Shown one piece after another: positions 45,717-59,600 of a DNA stretch of 64,000 nucleotides. The DNA comes from Diplonema japonicum (taxonomy: Eukaryota; Protista; Euglenozoa: Diplonemea), in contig OZ025655.1 of assembly GCA_964019335.1 (NCBI GenBank), positions 248,001-312,000 on the forward strand. The letters are read 5' to 3'. The notes under the pieces were generated by a model that was given only the letters and a program-made list of their open reading frames with translations, was not told where the DNA came from and made no database searches. A program made the position numbers and the translations under genes. Position 1 is the stretch's first letter, and each line of letters begins with the position of its first letter.

Positions 45717-47228
45717 TTACCTTCTGTGAACATTGACCTTCAGCCCCTGGTCATTCAGCTGCCAGGTTACCGACGTGATCAGTTTTGGTTTGAAACCATC
45801 GACTTTGGAAAACCTCAACTGGGAGAACAACGTGAGCAACGTAATCTGCCCCTCAAGAATAGCCATCTCCCTGCCAAGGCAGAGACGGGGACCTGCGTTG
45901 AATGTGGGGTAAAAGTGATCCTCATAAGTCTTCCCGTCCAACCAACGCTTGGGATCGAACTCATCCGCAGAAGGACCCCAGTGCTTGGGGTTTCTGTTCG
46001 TGCCCATTGTAAGCCAACCTACTTGATCTCCAGCCCTGAGACGGACACCAGAGGGAAGAGTAGTATCGGAAAGAGTTACTTTTTCATTAATAGGAACAGA
46101 CGGGCGGAGACGCAGAGTCTCAAGGAAGACAGCCTTAGATACTGGTGCTTCTTGAATATCATCAAAGGTAAGCGGCTCGGAAACAGATCCCGCAAAACAT
46201 TTCATAGCTTCCTTGTGAAGCTCATCCTGCCACTTGGGGTTCTCCACTAAGAGCTCAACGCATGATGTTAGTGCGGACCCTGTCGTGTCTCTCCCGGCAA
46301 TGGCAAAGTTTAAAATCATATCTCTGATAAACTTCTTGTCGTACTTCCTCCCCTCTGACATGGCGTTCTCAAGGAAGAGTCCTGTAATGGTCGGGTCGCC
46401 CTTCACAACATCGTCCTTGGGGGATCCCTCGTCGTCGTAATAACTATTTACAACCTTTGCAAGGTATGAGTCGATGGTCCCAATGGATTCTGTGATCTGG
46501 CGTTCGTCTTCAGAGCATTGAAAGTACCTGTTGATCTTCCACCATGGCGTCAGGAACCTGCAGATCACTTTACTTTGAAGAACATCGAATGCTCTTTGAA
46601 ACGCACGGTCCTCCATATTCCCACGAAGGGAGTTCACCTCTCTGTTGAAAGCGATTCTGTTGATCGTGTCGAAGGTGAAGTTGTAGAAGTATGGCTGCAT
46701 GTTTGTTGGTTCGGAGGAACCGACTTCCTGTTCGATAAGGATCTTCACGAGTTCTTGCGCGTGGCTGCCGAACATCTCGGACATTCTGTCGCGAAGCTGC
46801 CTTCTGTTGAACATATGGGCGGAGATGATACGTTGGTCCTTCCATGCTGCACCGTTGGTGTTGAAGATACCATCTCCCAGAAGAGTCTCGAAGATATCGA
46901 TGAGCGACTGGGCTTTTTCAAAGTTTCCGAAATTGTCTCTCAAGATGTATTTGATGTCTTCGGGTTCCACCACCACCACCCCTGACCTCCCGCCGATGTG
47001 CCCCCACCCGTAGGCCTTGTAGCCGTTCCTTACCATTTCGTAGAAGTTGTACTCTGCCACCGACACCGACTTGTCTTTCAACACCTGTTTCCCTTCGTGT
47101 CTCGTTACCCCGAAAAACGGCTCGTAACCAGAATGTGTTTGGATTCCCGGAGGGCTCGTTGCCCTCAGTTTGAACAACAGATAACCGATTAGCACCACTA
47201 TGCCCACTGCTATGTACATGAGGCTCAT
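45717..47228 (-). CDS. Cytochrome P450 (CYP86/CYP704-clan-like)
   Basis: N-terminal TM; LLGDGIFN, NFAIAGRDTT, ETLRL, FDPKRW, heme motif FNAGPRLCLG. Confidence 0.92.
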   Translation of the reverse strand: MSLMYIAVGIVVLIGYLLFKLRATSPPGIQTHSGYEPFFGVTRHEGKQVLKDKSVSVAEYNFYEMVRNGYKAYGWGHIGGRSGVVVVEPEDIKYILRDNFGNFEKAQSLIDIFETLLGDGIFNTNGAAWKDQRIISAHMFNRRQLRDRMSEMFGSHAQELVKILIEQEVGSSEPTNMQPYFYNFTFDTINRIAFNREVNSLRGNMEDRAFQRAFDVLQSKVICRFLTPWWKINRYFQCSEDERQITESIGTIDSYLAKVVNSYYDDEGSPKDDVVKGDPTITGLFLENAMSEGRKYDKKFIRDMILNFAIAGRDTTGSALTSCVELLVENPKWQDELHKEAMKCFAGSVSEPLTFDDIQEAPVSKAVFLETLRLRPSVPINEKVTLSDTTLPSGVRLRAGDQVGWLTMGTNRNPKHWGPSADEFDPKRWLDGKTYEDHFYPTFNAGPRLCLGREMAILEGQITLLTLFSQLRFSKVDGFKPKLITSVTWQLNDQGLKVNVHRR

Positions 47229-47612
47229 TTTCTATTTTCTTTTTTGAGAACGGGCTGCGGTACTGTGATGGGATAATGACATGAATAAGGCTGGACAGAA
47301 AAAAAGAAAAAAAAACAAGGCGTGGAAGAGATACAGTAGAAAAAAAATGGATCGGCGAAAGACAAAGACAAAAAAGTTGAGATTCTGCAGGGGGGGGGAC
47401 TGACATAGACATATTGAAGTGACAAAAAAATAAAAATAAAAAATCTAGAACAATAACACAAAGAGTAGTACGGGGCGGAGCAGTTCCTGACTGTATTTCT
47501 TCTATTCAATAAAGGTGGGAAAATAAAAAGAAAAAAAAAAACGTTTTCCCCTCAGTTGCATAGCCTAATTATTTCGTAGGCATAAAATGGTTAGGGTAAA
47601 TAAGGTATCCCT

Positions 47613-50600
47613 CTAATTATCCGAGGAGGCAGCCTCTTCGTCCTCAAGCCACTGGTCAGGGAAAAGGTAAGCACGAGGAGGTGAAGAAGAAGCTAGTTCG
47701 ACCGTCGTGTGCGAGGGAGCACGAGGGGTTTTCTTTTTTGATTTTTTCCTCTTTTGAGTGTCAGACCCTGGGACTACTATGTCCTCCGCAGCAATGTGCG
47801 TTGGGCGGTCCAGGCCATTGAACTTCACAAACAGGAAACCCTTTCTTAGCGTCTCCTCCTCTTGCACCACACCTGCAGCACCGCTGATTAATTGCTTGCC
47901 TTGCAACTCACGAGGTGCCCGTAACTTAACAACTTGTCCCGGCACCGCCACTGCGCCGATCTTCTTGCGTTGGCCCATCTTCTTGTTTAACGAAATCCCC
48001 TTTGACTGCATTTCTGTTGTGCGCAATATGCTTTCTTCGCTACGTTTAACAGTAGGCGGCAACACCTCCTCTTTCTTCTTCGGCGGCCCCCGCACCCCTG
48101 CAGGACGGTACGTCTTGAGCTTCAACCTTCCCAGGATCTTTTCCATGTCCTCGTCCTTTACCTTAAGGGGTTGTTTCACAGGAGGTGTTGGGGAGAGGGT
48201 TTGGATCTTCCGTGCAGGGCCGCCACCTGCTCCGCGGATGAACTGTTTCGGTCCTGCAGAGCTGACCCCAGGGTCTACCCAGCTGGCCTCTAGCAGTGCT
48301 TGCAATGTGGACTGGTTCACAGCCGATACTCCGCTCCTTCCCACAGCTTCCTCGTCACCGCCTGCTACGGCTGCTGAGTAGCTCGACGATACCATGTGCC
48401 ACATAACAGCATTGCTACATGTGCCCACCCTTGGTGCGTGTAGCCTTTTAGCGCCAAATGCCACAGGCGCTGTCATGTTCGCCAACACACTGTCAGGCGC
48501 TGCACTTGGTGGCTGCACCGTGCACCGCACTTGGTGCCCCACCGCGAATCCCGAATCGATTGTGTCCCCGATCCTCGAAGGTAGTGTATCTGTCGGCTGC
48601 GTTGTGTCATGCACTAGTGTATTTCCTGTGGTCGTCTGAAGCTCCATAGTTGCTTGTTTCTTCTCGCAGCCTCCCACAACCAAAAGGTTGAACTGCACGT
48701 CCTTCACAGGCACCACCGGCTGCTGTAGCGAAGACGCTTCGTCTCCCAGAAGTTTCAACAACTGCGTAGATCGCTCCTTCTGCGCATCTTTGCGCTCCTG
48801 GAGAGTCTTCTGCTTATCAGTAAGGTCGCCAGATGATGCTTGCGAAACACGAGGCTTGAAGGCTGCAATGCACATTCCCCAGCGTCCTTTTTTAGTTTCG
48901 GTGGACTTGTTTTCGGATGTGAGTGTTCTGCTGATGCTGCTCTTCATAGATATTTTCTGCCAGACAGCAGACCCGAAGGAGAATTGATAGCAAGAGTCTT
49001 CACCGAAGACACGTTCGGAGTTCCTGCCGCCCATGATGATCATTGACGGGCCGCTGACAGTGGCAGCGTGCTCCGCACGTGGCTCAGGGATATCGCCGTT
49101 AGTTCTTGGCGTGCTCCACACCTTGTTGCGGAGGTCCAGCACGTGCAGGTCGTCTAGGTAGTGCTGTCTCTCTTGTGTAGACGTCATGTCACCCGCATCG
49201 GTGCTGTGGTCTGGGTGCACTGTCACACCGCCAAACACGAACATGAAACACGAGCTTGGCTTCAGCACCGCTGTGTGGTGCGACCTTGGCAGCGGTGCGT
49301 CTCCGTAAACGGCCTTCACCCACGACCACTTCCCTGTGGTAATGTTGTAGCTAGCCACGTCGCCCCGGCGGCATTCGATAGTGCTGTATTTGATGTTCGG
49401 TTTTCTCAATCTGCTTGTGCGCGAAGTGTCATAGACGGCCTGCTTGATGAATATAGACCACCCGCCGTACACAATCATCTTCGACTTGTACACAACAGAA
49501 CTGTGGCATGCACGAAAGTCCCACCCAGGTCCGTGGGCGGGGAGCTTCCTCCAAGTACCTGCCGACAGGTCGTACTCAACAACGGAATCGAAGTAGCCAC
49601 CGGGTGGCCCCTTAGGTGTGTCGCCCAATGCAACCTTCGGGTCGTCCCAGTAGTCACCATCCGTGGACACTTCGATAAAGTGTGAGTCGGTCTCCACAGT
49701 TCCCCCCATGGCTGTGAGCCCCGCATCTAGCCCCCCTGGTCCGAACCCACCGTACACAAGCAGTTTGTTCTGATGGTGCACCATCGTCGCACCGTACCTC
49801 TCGTGTGGACACTTGCTTTCAAGCACACTCCACCTGCTAAGCTGGTTGTCGTACTGCCGCATCACGGCGCTGTATCCTGACTTTGTTTTCCCGCCGAACG
49901 TGAACAGCTTGCTCCCCACCTTGACACTCGCAGGTCCCACAGCACCTGCAGTGTGGTCGGAAGGCGTAACGCCTCCGATAGACAGCCCGCCCCACTCAGT
50001 CGCGGTTTCCATCCATTTTGTGTCATTCAGTTCGATGGTAGGCTGCCCGCATGCAGCACACATCACATCTTCGCCGGACATGGGCATCTTGCACTTCTTG
50101 CACCACCGCTCGTAGCCAGCGTTCATCACAAGGTCGCCCTTGTCCTGATCTAACGAGGACAGGTGTGCCTCGAGGTCCACGATATCACCGCTGGCGAAGC
50201 CATCAACAATCTCGCCATCCTTCAGCTTGAACAGGGGCAGCTGTTGACGCAGCTCTTCGGAGTGTGCAATGTCCTGCAACAGAAGTACCCTGGCAGCAAG
50301 GGCGGACTTTGACTTATTGTCGATGATTTCGACACGAAGGCCCTCGTCTCCTTCCATGAGGGGGAGCTTCCATTGCTCTCTGATGCCTTCCTTGTCCCAA
50401 GTGAGGTCCTGCCCTTGTTGCCGCATAGTTTCCCTGCTCATATCCCCAAGCGTTACCCGCACTGTGCACGTCTTGTTTGCCGCATGAACCTTAGCCGATA
50501 ACACCGACACTGTTGCTATTCCAACAGGATCTCCCTTCGGAGCCTCAGCCTCCTCCTCCTCAACGTCGAACACTCGCCATTCAACAGACAGTGTTCCCAG

Positions 50601-53600
50601 CTTCCCCCCATATTTCTCCTGCAGCACCACATCTTCCTTGCAACCTGTCCGAATGACTAGCGGTAGGGTTGTGGTCCCTTCCTCTTTGCCTTTTGGGATG
50701 GAAAGCTTGCACTGTCCCATGAAGTCATCCGGGCTCTCGAAATCGTAGTCCATAGTGGTGAAGATGATGGGCCATTTCACGTTGCAGTCGGTGAACGTGA
50801 AGGTCTCGTTCCAATACGGGCTGAGAGAGTTTTCTTTTGTCTGTGTTTTGAACTCAGTGCCACTGTGCTTCACGATGACGTACGGGTCGCTCAGACCATT
50901 GGTGTCCTGCGGGGTGAGGTTCTGTGCGTTGAGAATCTTGATCTCAAGATCTTGGCGCTTCTGTTTTTTGTGTTTTTTTCCTGCTCCCGAGAAAAGCTCC
51001 GTGTCCCATTCCCACTGCACAAGCGCCTCACCAAGGCTTCCGTTGTTGTCGGCAGACAGTACGTAATCTGCCTCAATACCATTGCGTGGCCTTAGCCTCA
51101 GCCACTCTTCACCACTGGCCTCTTCATCGTGTCCGTACGGAATGCTTGTGTACCCAATGTGCGTGTCGGAAGCCAGGCCATAGTTCTTCTCCCAAATCTC
51201 AACCCTGATCTCTTGCCCGTCATTCGCCGCCCTGAACTCACTACAGTAGTTGAGCTCGTTGGTTGTCGTGGCGTCGCTCATCTCCTTCGCACCACCGAAC
51301 GTCACCACGGTGTAAACCCGCATAGGGTTGTCGATCTGGGGCAAGCCCCTTGTCTTCATCACAGTGCATTTCACCTTCTGCCCATCTCTGATGCCAGACA
51401 GCTGCCTGCTCACGGTCTTCCATTTCACAGAGAGCTGTCCAAGACCAGCCATTTTCTTTGCCAAAGCCTCTTGAGCTTCATCAACCGCTGTAATGGGTAA
51501 CTGCTTGCTGCCATCTGATATGTCGGTCACAGCACCCCAGTCCCACACAACCTTCCCTAGACACACGTCGGCCCCCATCGTATGCTTGTTCCACACATGA
51601 AATACAAATTGGTGCGTGACAGGAACAGGATCAAACTCAAATACTTGCCCCCAAGACACGCTGCAAGTCTGTGCCCCCAGACGCTCGGTTCCTTTTTGCG
51701 CCTCGACGCACTCTGTTTGTCTGTTGTAAGGCCCGAGGTCAAGCACTGTGTACAGAGATGATGTGTCGGAAGAAGACTTCGCTTTCTCATCCACTGGGAT
51801 GACTACATCGAGCACCTTGTCAAGCCACACCTGTAGCACTATTCTGCTAGGGGCGAATTCGTTCGCAAGGTTCCAGTTAACAAGCACTTCACCACCATTA
51901 TCATCCAGCTTCAGCCACCGTTCGCCTTTGGAGTCTGATGCATTATCCCATACGTTGACTTGCGCGGTGCCCACCCACTTGTCTTTCATTACGTTAATGT
52001 CCCACACTTGCAGCTGAACTTCCTGGTTCAGTAGCAGGTTAGACAGCTTCCATGAACACTCGAGGCCCCACACAGGGTTTTGCCCGGACTGGGTTGTCGT
52101 CTTGCAGACATCTTGCTCGTCGCAGGTGGTAGGGAACATCACTCGACACTGCGGGGACATCATCATCCAGTTGGGAAGGTTTCTCGCACGCATCACTCTG
52201 AAGTTCAAGACATTTGCCTCGTACAGCTGCCGCAGTCGCATTTCACGCTTCATCTCGCGCTCCTCACGTGCCTGTGGGGTGTCTACCTCCCACGTGAAGT
52301 GGATCTGCCCAAGGGTACCGTACTTCGACTCGAGCAATGCATCGTCAGGATTCTCAGAGCGAGGCTGAAGCGTCACCCACTCATCGCCCTCGTGCTCACC
52401 ACCCATGAAGTCGCATTCTCGCTTGTGCACACCGATACAAGTATCACCTTCCCAGATGCTGATGCTGATGGGCACACGCTCTTTTGAGTTCAGTGCGAAG
52501 TCAAAGTTCTCCACCCACGTTGGTGCTGTGCCTTTGGCAGGTTTACCCTCCATCTCTCTGCGCCCTGACCCCTCACCTACATGAACGACTACCTTCGGTG
52601 ACACTTTGAACAACATGTTCGGGTCGGCAAGGTCTTTGCCTTCAACCACAGTCAACCGCACAGCCGCTGATTGCTTTTGTACCTTTTCTATGGCGTACTT
52701 CACAACAAGATGCCCGAGCTTTGTTTCAGTCATGCCTGGTGACGGCTGTACAGCGATGGTCTCCTCGCCTTTCTCGTCGCTGATCGTCGCGAGGTTCAGT
52801 CTGCACATCCCCAGCTCGTTGTCGTTGCCTAGCAGCTCCTTGTCTTTGATCTTGAACTCGATGGGTTGCTCGAAGGTGTCGATATCCCACTGCGCATCAT
52901 GGTTGTAGATAGGGTTGCAGTTGTTGCTAACGACCTTTGTCTGAGTCTGCTTCGCACCACACGAGATGATGACGTAGGGGTCAGACTGCCCAAAAGTCTC
53001 GACGTCAAGGAGATTAGTGCACCTTATAAGTGTGAAAGACAAGCGGAGCTTTGAGTCAGACTCGGCAAGCCACTGCTTTAGGTTGGAACGCACCTCAGGA
53101 TCCGACCACGGCACCATGTCCTTGATACCAAAGTCGATCTCCCATCGGAAGTTCAGCTTACCATGTGGCTTGGCGCTGTCCTTGTCGTCATCGTCCACCC
53201 TCAGCGACACCTCCTTGCTGCCCACTGCCTTGTCGATTTCAAGCGCGTTGAAAGTGAATGTGCCGAACTCCTTGGTGCCATCCAGCACCGTGAACACCAT
53301 GCCATAGCTGCTCTCCTTCGTCGCATCCGTGGCTTTTGAGAACTTCACACTGAAGGGACCCGCAAGCCATGATGGCGAGATCGTCTTCGTGCCAGGTGGC
53401 GGTGTCACAAACTCCTTACCCCCCATGAGCAGTTTGCAACAAGCAAGCGACTCGTTTTGCAGGCTGCTTGCACTGTCAATCCAGATGGAGACCTTCCCGC
53501 CTTCCCTCTTCAGCTGGTCAAGGGGTACGTCTTTCGCTTCGCGGTTGAGTGCAAACGATTTGGACAGATCGAATTTGGCACCTTCTACCTTTGTGAGATC

Positions 53601-56600
53601 GCCTTTGAGTGCTACCTTGATACGCAGCCTTCCAAAACTGGAGTTATTCTTCTCGTAGAGCTTCTGGTCTTCCTTGTTAAGCTCTCGAGGGACAAGGTCC
53701 ACCCAACCTTCCTTGGATCTGGCGGTGGTGACGCTGTCTGCATCCCCGAAGACCCACGCGAAGGGGTCGAACTGGTAGCATCCCATGAAGTCGTCGTCGT
53801 TGATGTCCAGATCCATGCAGGTGAGCTCCACTTGGTTCGCAGCGTGTACAATGGGAATCTCGGGAAGCTCCTCTCCCCAGAAAGGCGAGAGCGTCGACTT
53901 CTTGTACGACGTCTTCTGCATCTCTTCGCCGCACTTCACCAGCACGTAAGGGTCCGACGTGATCATGTCGCAGGCGATCAAGTTCTCTCCTTCAAATATG
54001 GTCAAGACCAGCATCGGCTCCCCCTCATCCTCGTCCTTCTCCTCGATATGGGTTTTTTCAATGTTCATGTTGTGCGACCACCGCACAAGCAGCTTTCCCA
54101 AGTTGCCGTACTTCTTCAAGAGCTTGGCATCGTCAGGGTTCGGTCTCTTCGCCTCATCCAAACGAGGTTTCAAATCCAGCCATTGCTGCCTTTCGAAAGT
54201 GAACTCTGCAGGGTACGTGCAGCTTTTGAACTGCTCCGCGGACTTAATGGGCTTTCCATCAATATGCGTTAACATCCTGCCGCTGAAACGGAATGTGTCC
54301 ACCTCACCTAACCCCGTCGCGATGAGTTCTTGAGAGACACTGAACACCGCTTCCTCCGCTGTGATGTTATCGTGGTAGTTGGCAACGAAGTCGACTGCTG
54401 CCGTACCAACCAGCACGTCGCTCAAGATGCTGTTCGCATCGTACACCTTGAACAGCACTTCGCCTTGTGGTCCCATCGTCTCCTGTGTCGTGCCTCCCTT
54501 AGCCTGCAGCGGGAGCTTTTGGCGTTTGTTGAAGACAGGGTATCTTGCTGATTCGGCTTCAGCAACGACGATGTCCGTCCTCATGTACTCCAGTACCACC
54601 TTGGACTGCAGGGTGCCGCTGTCTACCCCAGGAAGGTTGGACGCCTGCACGACAGTGAAGTCGACGGTGCTGTCCTGATCCAACAGGCCGCTCAACATGA
54701 ACTTCTGTTGCTTAGGGGGCTCTGGTGGCATTGCATCGCCCTTGAACTCCGGAAGGAAGCCTGCAAGCCCTTTGGGATGGTCGTACGTGTAAGATATGTT
54801 GATGACGCCTGCTGATCCGCCCTGCTCGTCGATGACGGGGATGCACTTGATGGCCTCTATGAAGTGGTGCTCGTGTGGAAAATAGGTGCACTTCCCCACA
54901 GCGCGATCGTCAGACTTTACAACTATGTTCAGCCCATCGTTCCTGCACTCCAGATTGAAAAAGAAGCAAGCGGCGTCCCATTCCGGGCAGTCACTTCTCG
55001 GTGACGGATCAGTTTTTTCCGTTGTACCTCCGCAGCTCACCTCCACGGTTGTTTTCCCTTTCTTGGACAGCCCTTCACAAGATAGGACGTCCACCGACAG
55101 CGTGTAGCCCTCACCCCGCATTCTTTCATAGATGGTCAGACGCTGCTCTTCTCTCTGCTCCTGCATGTTCTGCATTGCAGCTGCCTCATTCACTGTTGCG
55201 AATGTTTTTCCTTCGAACTTCTTCACCAACTCCTCTTCACCACGCGTGAAGCTCCACAGCATCTTGATCTCTCCGATAGGCTTCTTGAGCTTGTCCTTTT
55301 CCTTCTTCGTACGGGGCTGGAGTTGGAACCAGTCGCTCTTCTGGACGTCTTCCTGCCACACTTCATCGCTGCTAGAGACAGTCACCCTGCCGATGAAGTC
55401 GTCGGATCCGAAGAAGGATTTGCTCATGAGCTGCACAGTGAAGCTATCGACTTGCTCTTCGCTGCAATCGTCGAACTGCAATACTGCGTTCTCTTCGTCC
55501 CATGTGAGCGTCTCATTACCGCGCGAGGCCACAGCTGTCGTGTACTCACGATGCCTGCCCCCAGCAGCAGGTGGTGCCTGCAGCTTCACGATACCATACA
55601 CTTTACTACTCGTGATAGACGAATCCAGCCCGCGTGCCTCAGTCAAGGTAACAGTCACGCTCTCTCTGTGCCGCACCTTCTGGTAGGCCTTCCCGTGCTG
55701 GTCCAGTGTCATCGACGCCTGTGACAGCATCGATAAGGACGAGCCACTCCTAGCAAAGCCCAGATCCTCGGCCACCACCAGCGATGCCTTGAACCTTACC
55801 AGCACCTCACCCAACGGCTTCTCACCCGTTGTGTGCTTTGCAGCTATGGTGTCTTCCCTCAGGCCTCGATGCTTCAAGGTGAGCCACACCTCTGTACTCA
55901 TCCCATCCTCCCTGCCAGCATCGTCCCACGGGTCCAACACCGCGCGTCCCATGAAATCGTCTTTGCCAAAGGTATCATCATCCCACATGTCGAGACGGAT
56001 CTTCTCGCCCTCGTTGAGCACCACCGCAGACGGGAAGGCAAAGTCCCAAGAAGGTGTCAGCGTGTTGGACTTGATAGGTGTTTTCAGAGGAAGGCCCGCC
56101 TTCGACCTCCTGCCTACTAGCGGTGTACCGTCGCTGTCTACAGCACAGGCCGTGACGTAAGGATCGCTCTTGCGCATTATCATTGAGTCTGCACGAATAA
56201 GGCCCTTTGCCTTCACGATCCTGACGAACATGTTGAGTTTGATGTCGCTGTTGGTGATCCTGCCCTCGTCCCCCGCATCGAAGACCGTCAGCGTTGTCTC
56301 GTTCTTCAGAAGCGAAAGAAGATTTGCAACTGTGAGGATGGGTTTGCTGTTCGCAGCAATGGCGACCATTCCCTCCTTGAGGCCGTTTTCTTCTGCGTCA
56401 GATGTCTGGCGCACGCTTAGCACAATGATCTTTTCGTTTTCTTTGATGAAGTCTACGTCCTTGGCGTCATCCATCTTGAAGGTGCAGTCCTTGGTGCCCT
56501 CGTACTCAACGGTGAGAGCTATGGTCTTACGGTCTGCGATGAGCTTGTCAAGTGCTTTGTTATTGCCTGCAATGGGCGTTCCGTTGAAAGACACAACAGT

Positions 56601-59600
56601 GAGGCCACTGCTCAGCCCGGCCTTAGCTGCGGTGCTGTTCTCCGCAAGAGTTTCGATTCGTGCCTCTTGCCCGAAGGACGCTACAGTGAGACATCCTGGT
56701 ACTGCATCAAAAGTGTACTCCACAAGCTTCTTCCCAGGTTGGTGATGTCCCTCCTCCGCCACGATCGCCAACACATTCTGTTCAGTCTTCGACCCAAACT
56801 GCTTTGGCTGCGATGTCCGTGTTGCTACCTTAATCTCACCAAAGTACCTGTTCTTCTTCGCCCACAACTTGTTATCTGCTTCAATTGTGCTCGGGTCAGC
56901 CGACGGCCGTTTTTCCAATGGCAAAACGAATGTCTTCCGCGCAGTAATCATCTTCTTCATCATCTCTTTCTCAAGCACAACCTCAGCGTACCCCATGAAG
57001 TCATCCCCGTTTGTGTCCTTGTCCCACACCGTGAAGCGCAGTTTGATGCGCTGCTCTTCAGGTGTCTCACTCTTCGGTTCCAAGATACTGAAGATATCGA
57101 ATGTAAACTTCTCGTTCCACTTAGGCGCTAGTGTGCTGTCTATGTAATTCGTCTCCTTGCAATATGAAACGGGGGCATCGCTCCACCCGCCCAGCACCTC
57201 CACAATGCAGTAAGGGTCCGATGAGAAGATGTCTTGGATGATCAAGTTGTTGCCTTGCATGACCTCCACGTCCAAGAGGGACGGGATCTCCCTGGCTTCT
57301 TCTTCCTGCCTCTTTTGTTCAATCTCGGCTTCTTGTTTGGCAAGCTCTTCCTGTATCGCTGCCGCTTTGTCTTCTAAATCAAGCCTCTCGCCCCCTGTCA
57401 ACTCCATGATCAGCTTCACTCTGACAGCCGCCTCACTGGTTTCACCATCTTCCTGCTTCAAGCGCAGCCAGCCAAGGTCTTGTGTCAACGTCTTCACGTC
57501 TTTGTTCTTTGTGACATGGTTGACAGGCACTTCGACCTGTACTTTACCTAGGGTCTCACCAATCTGCGTCATTTCCTCAGTCGGCTGGCTTCCGATCGGT
57601 GCGTCGCCTGCGTTCTTCAGGACAAGGTTTACCAGCGTGCCGTCCTCGCCAGGCTCGATGTTGCCAAAGTGTGTGCTTTTCTGCTTCCCCGATACGAAAT
57701 CAGCACTGGACCCTGTCGATCCTGTACTCCTTACCAGCTTCACAATGTGCGTGGACCTGTCAGGCAGCCCGCCATGTTGCACCAACATGTACACGGCCTG
57801 CGCTTCATTCTCAACCTTCCGCAGCGACGACAAGACAAGCTTGACAGACGTAACCTGCACCACCGAAAGGGACGTCTCGTCCCGCAGCTTGTTGCGCTCT
57901 TTTTCCCAGCTGCTGAGAAGCTCAGCGCGAGCTGTCTTCTCAGCTTCCACGATTTTCATCCGCTCCTTTGGTGTCCCGCACTCCGCGAATTTATCAATAA
58001 ACCCCAAGGTGTGCTTGTTCAGCCTGACGTCAAACTTCGAGTCCAGGTGCATGGTGGTGTCGCTGTAGGATACGTAATGCTTCTGGAGAGCCTTTTCCTC
58101 TCTTGTCAGCGTTGGGTGCTTATGGCGGTCGAAGTACAGTTCGTTGTCTGCGAAGAAGTCGTTCGTTCTCTTCTTCATGAGCGCTTTGAAGGCTTCGTTC
58201 TGCCGATCGAGGCGTTCGACGAAGTCGTCGACAGCCTTTGAGTCGTCGTCTACATCACCCAGAAGCTCGAGCATCGTGCGCGGGTGGCGTTCGTCGGTGC
58301 CCTCATCCATGGCAACGAGGTACATCTGCACTTGGTCGCCATCAATGGTGCTGGTGCCTTCGTACTGCTTCACGAACCCGCATGTCCCTGAGTCCGTTTT
58401 CACTCGTGTCATCTCGGGGTAGGGTGGGTCTTGCGAGCGGAGGCCAATGGTTATGGAGCCTAGACTCCCAGCGTGTTTCTCGATGAGCTTGTTGTCTTCT
58501 GCTTGGTACTGTTCTTCTGGTCGCGCCATGAGGTCCAGCGTCCATTCACAAGCTGAGTCTATGGACTTGAGCAGGTGGTCGCGAGTGAGGTGGAGTACGG
58601 TGTAGCCCATCCAGTCGTCCTGCGTACCGAAGTCCCAGTCGTACACGTTCAGGTGCACCGCCCACGTGTTGGCGTCTTTATCAATGTCCACTTCGAACTC
58701 CTCGTCCCACACGGGGTCAAGCGTCTTCTTGATCGTTTCCGTCCTGTACTCCTTCGGCATCTTCGCATGGTCAACCGTCATCTTGACGTACGGATCGCTC
58801 TTCCCAGACCCTAAGAACCCCATGTCCATCTTGACCAGGTTTGCTGCTTTCAGGATGGTCAGCTCTATTGTCTCGGGGATGCGTGCCTGGGGGAGCTTCG
58901 GGCTCGACTCCTTCGACTTCCTGGATCGTATTGTTTCAGCACGCGACATGGTAGGAGACGCGCCGTTCCCCATCACGCCCCACGTGGCCTCGACGTTCAG
59001 GTAGGCCTTCGCCTCTTCGGCCCCCCCGCTTTCCTCGTCGTCGTCGTCCACGAGAATGTCCATAGGGATCTTCATGAAGGTGCCCTCCTGCATCCCTTTC
59101 AGGTCGTCGTACTTGATTGCGAGCGTCCCTGAGCACTGCTCGTCGTCGTCCCCGTCGCTGGTCACGTCGATGATTTCGAAGGTGACGTTGACATCCTCAC
59201 GTTTGATGTCGAACTGCGCTGAGCTCGTCCAGCTGATGTCCCCGCGGGGGTTGGTGTCGCCCTCAAGCGTCTTCGTCAACACCCGTCTACCCTTTTGCTC
59301 GCAAGTGACAGAGAGCTTCCCACGCTTATGGTAGTCTATCGGAAGGCCTGTCACGACAAGAGGCCTGATGATGAGCTGCTTCGGTCCGAGCGAGGCTGCA
59401 GATGACGCAGCACGAGGGGAGTGGGCAGCTGGTGATAAATGTTGTTTGCTTGCGGTAGATGAAGACCCGGAAGGGAGCCCGGGATTGAACGTAGCAGACT
59501 GGGTGTCGGTCTCGACGGGAGGAGGTGGTTGAGCTTGCCTTGGGGGGTCGGGTGTCAACCCGGGAATGTTCCAAAACACGGTGATCGTGCCGAGGCCTCT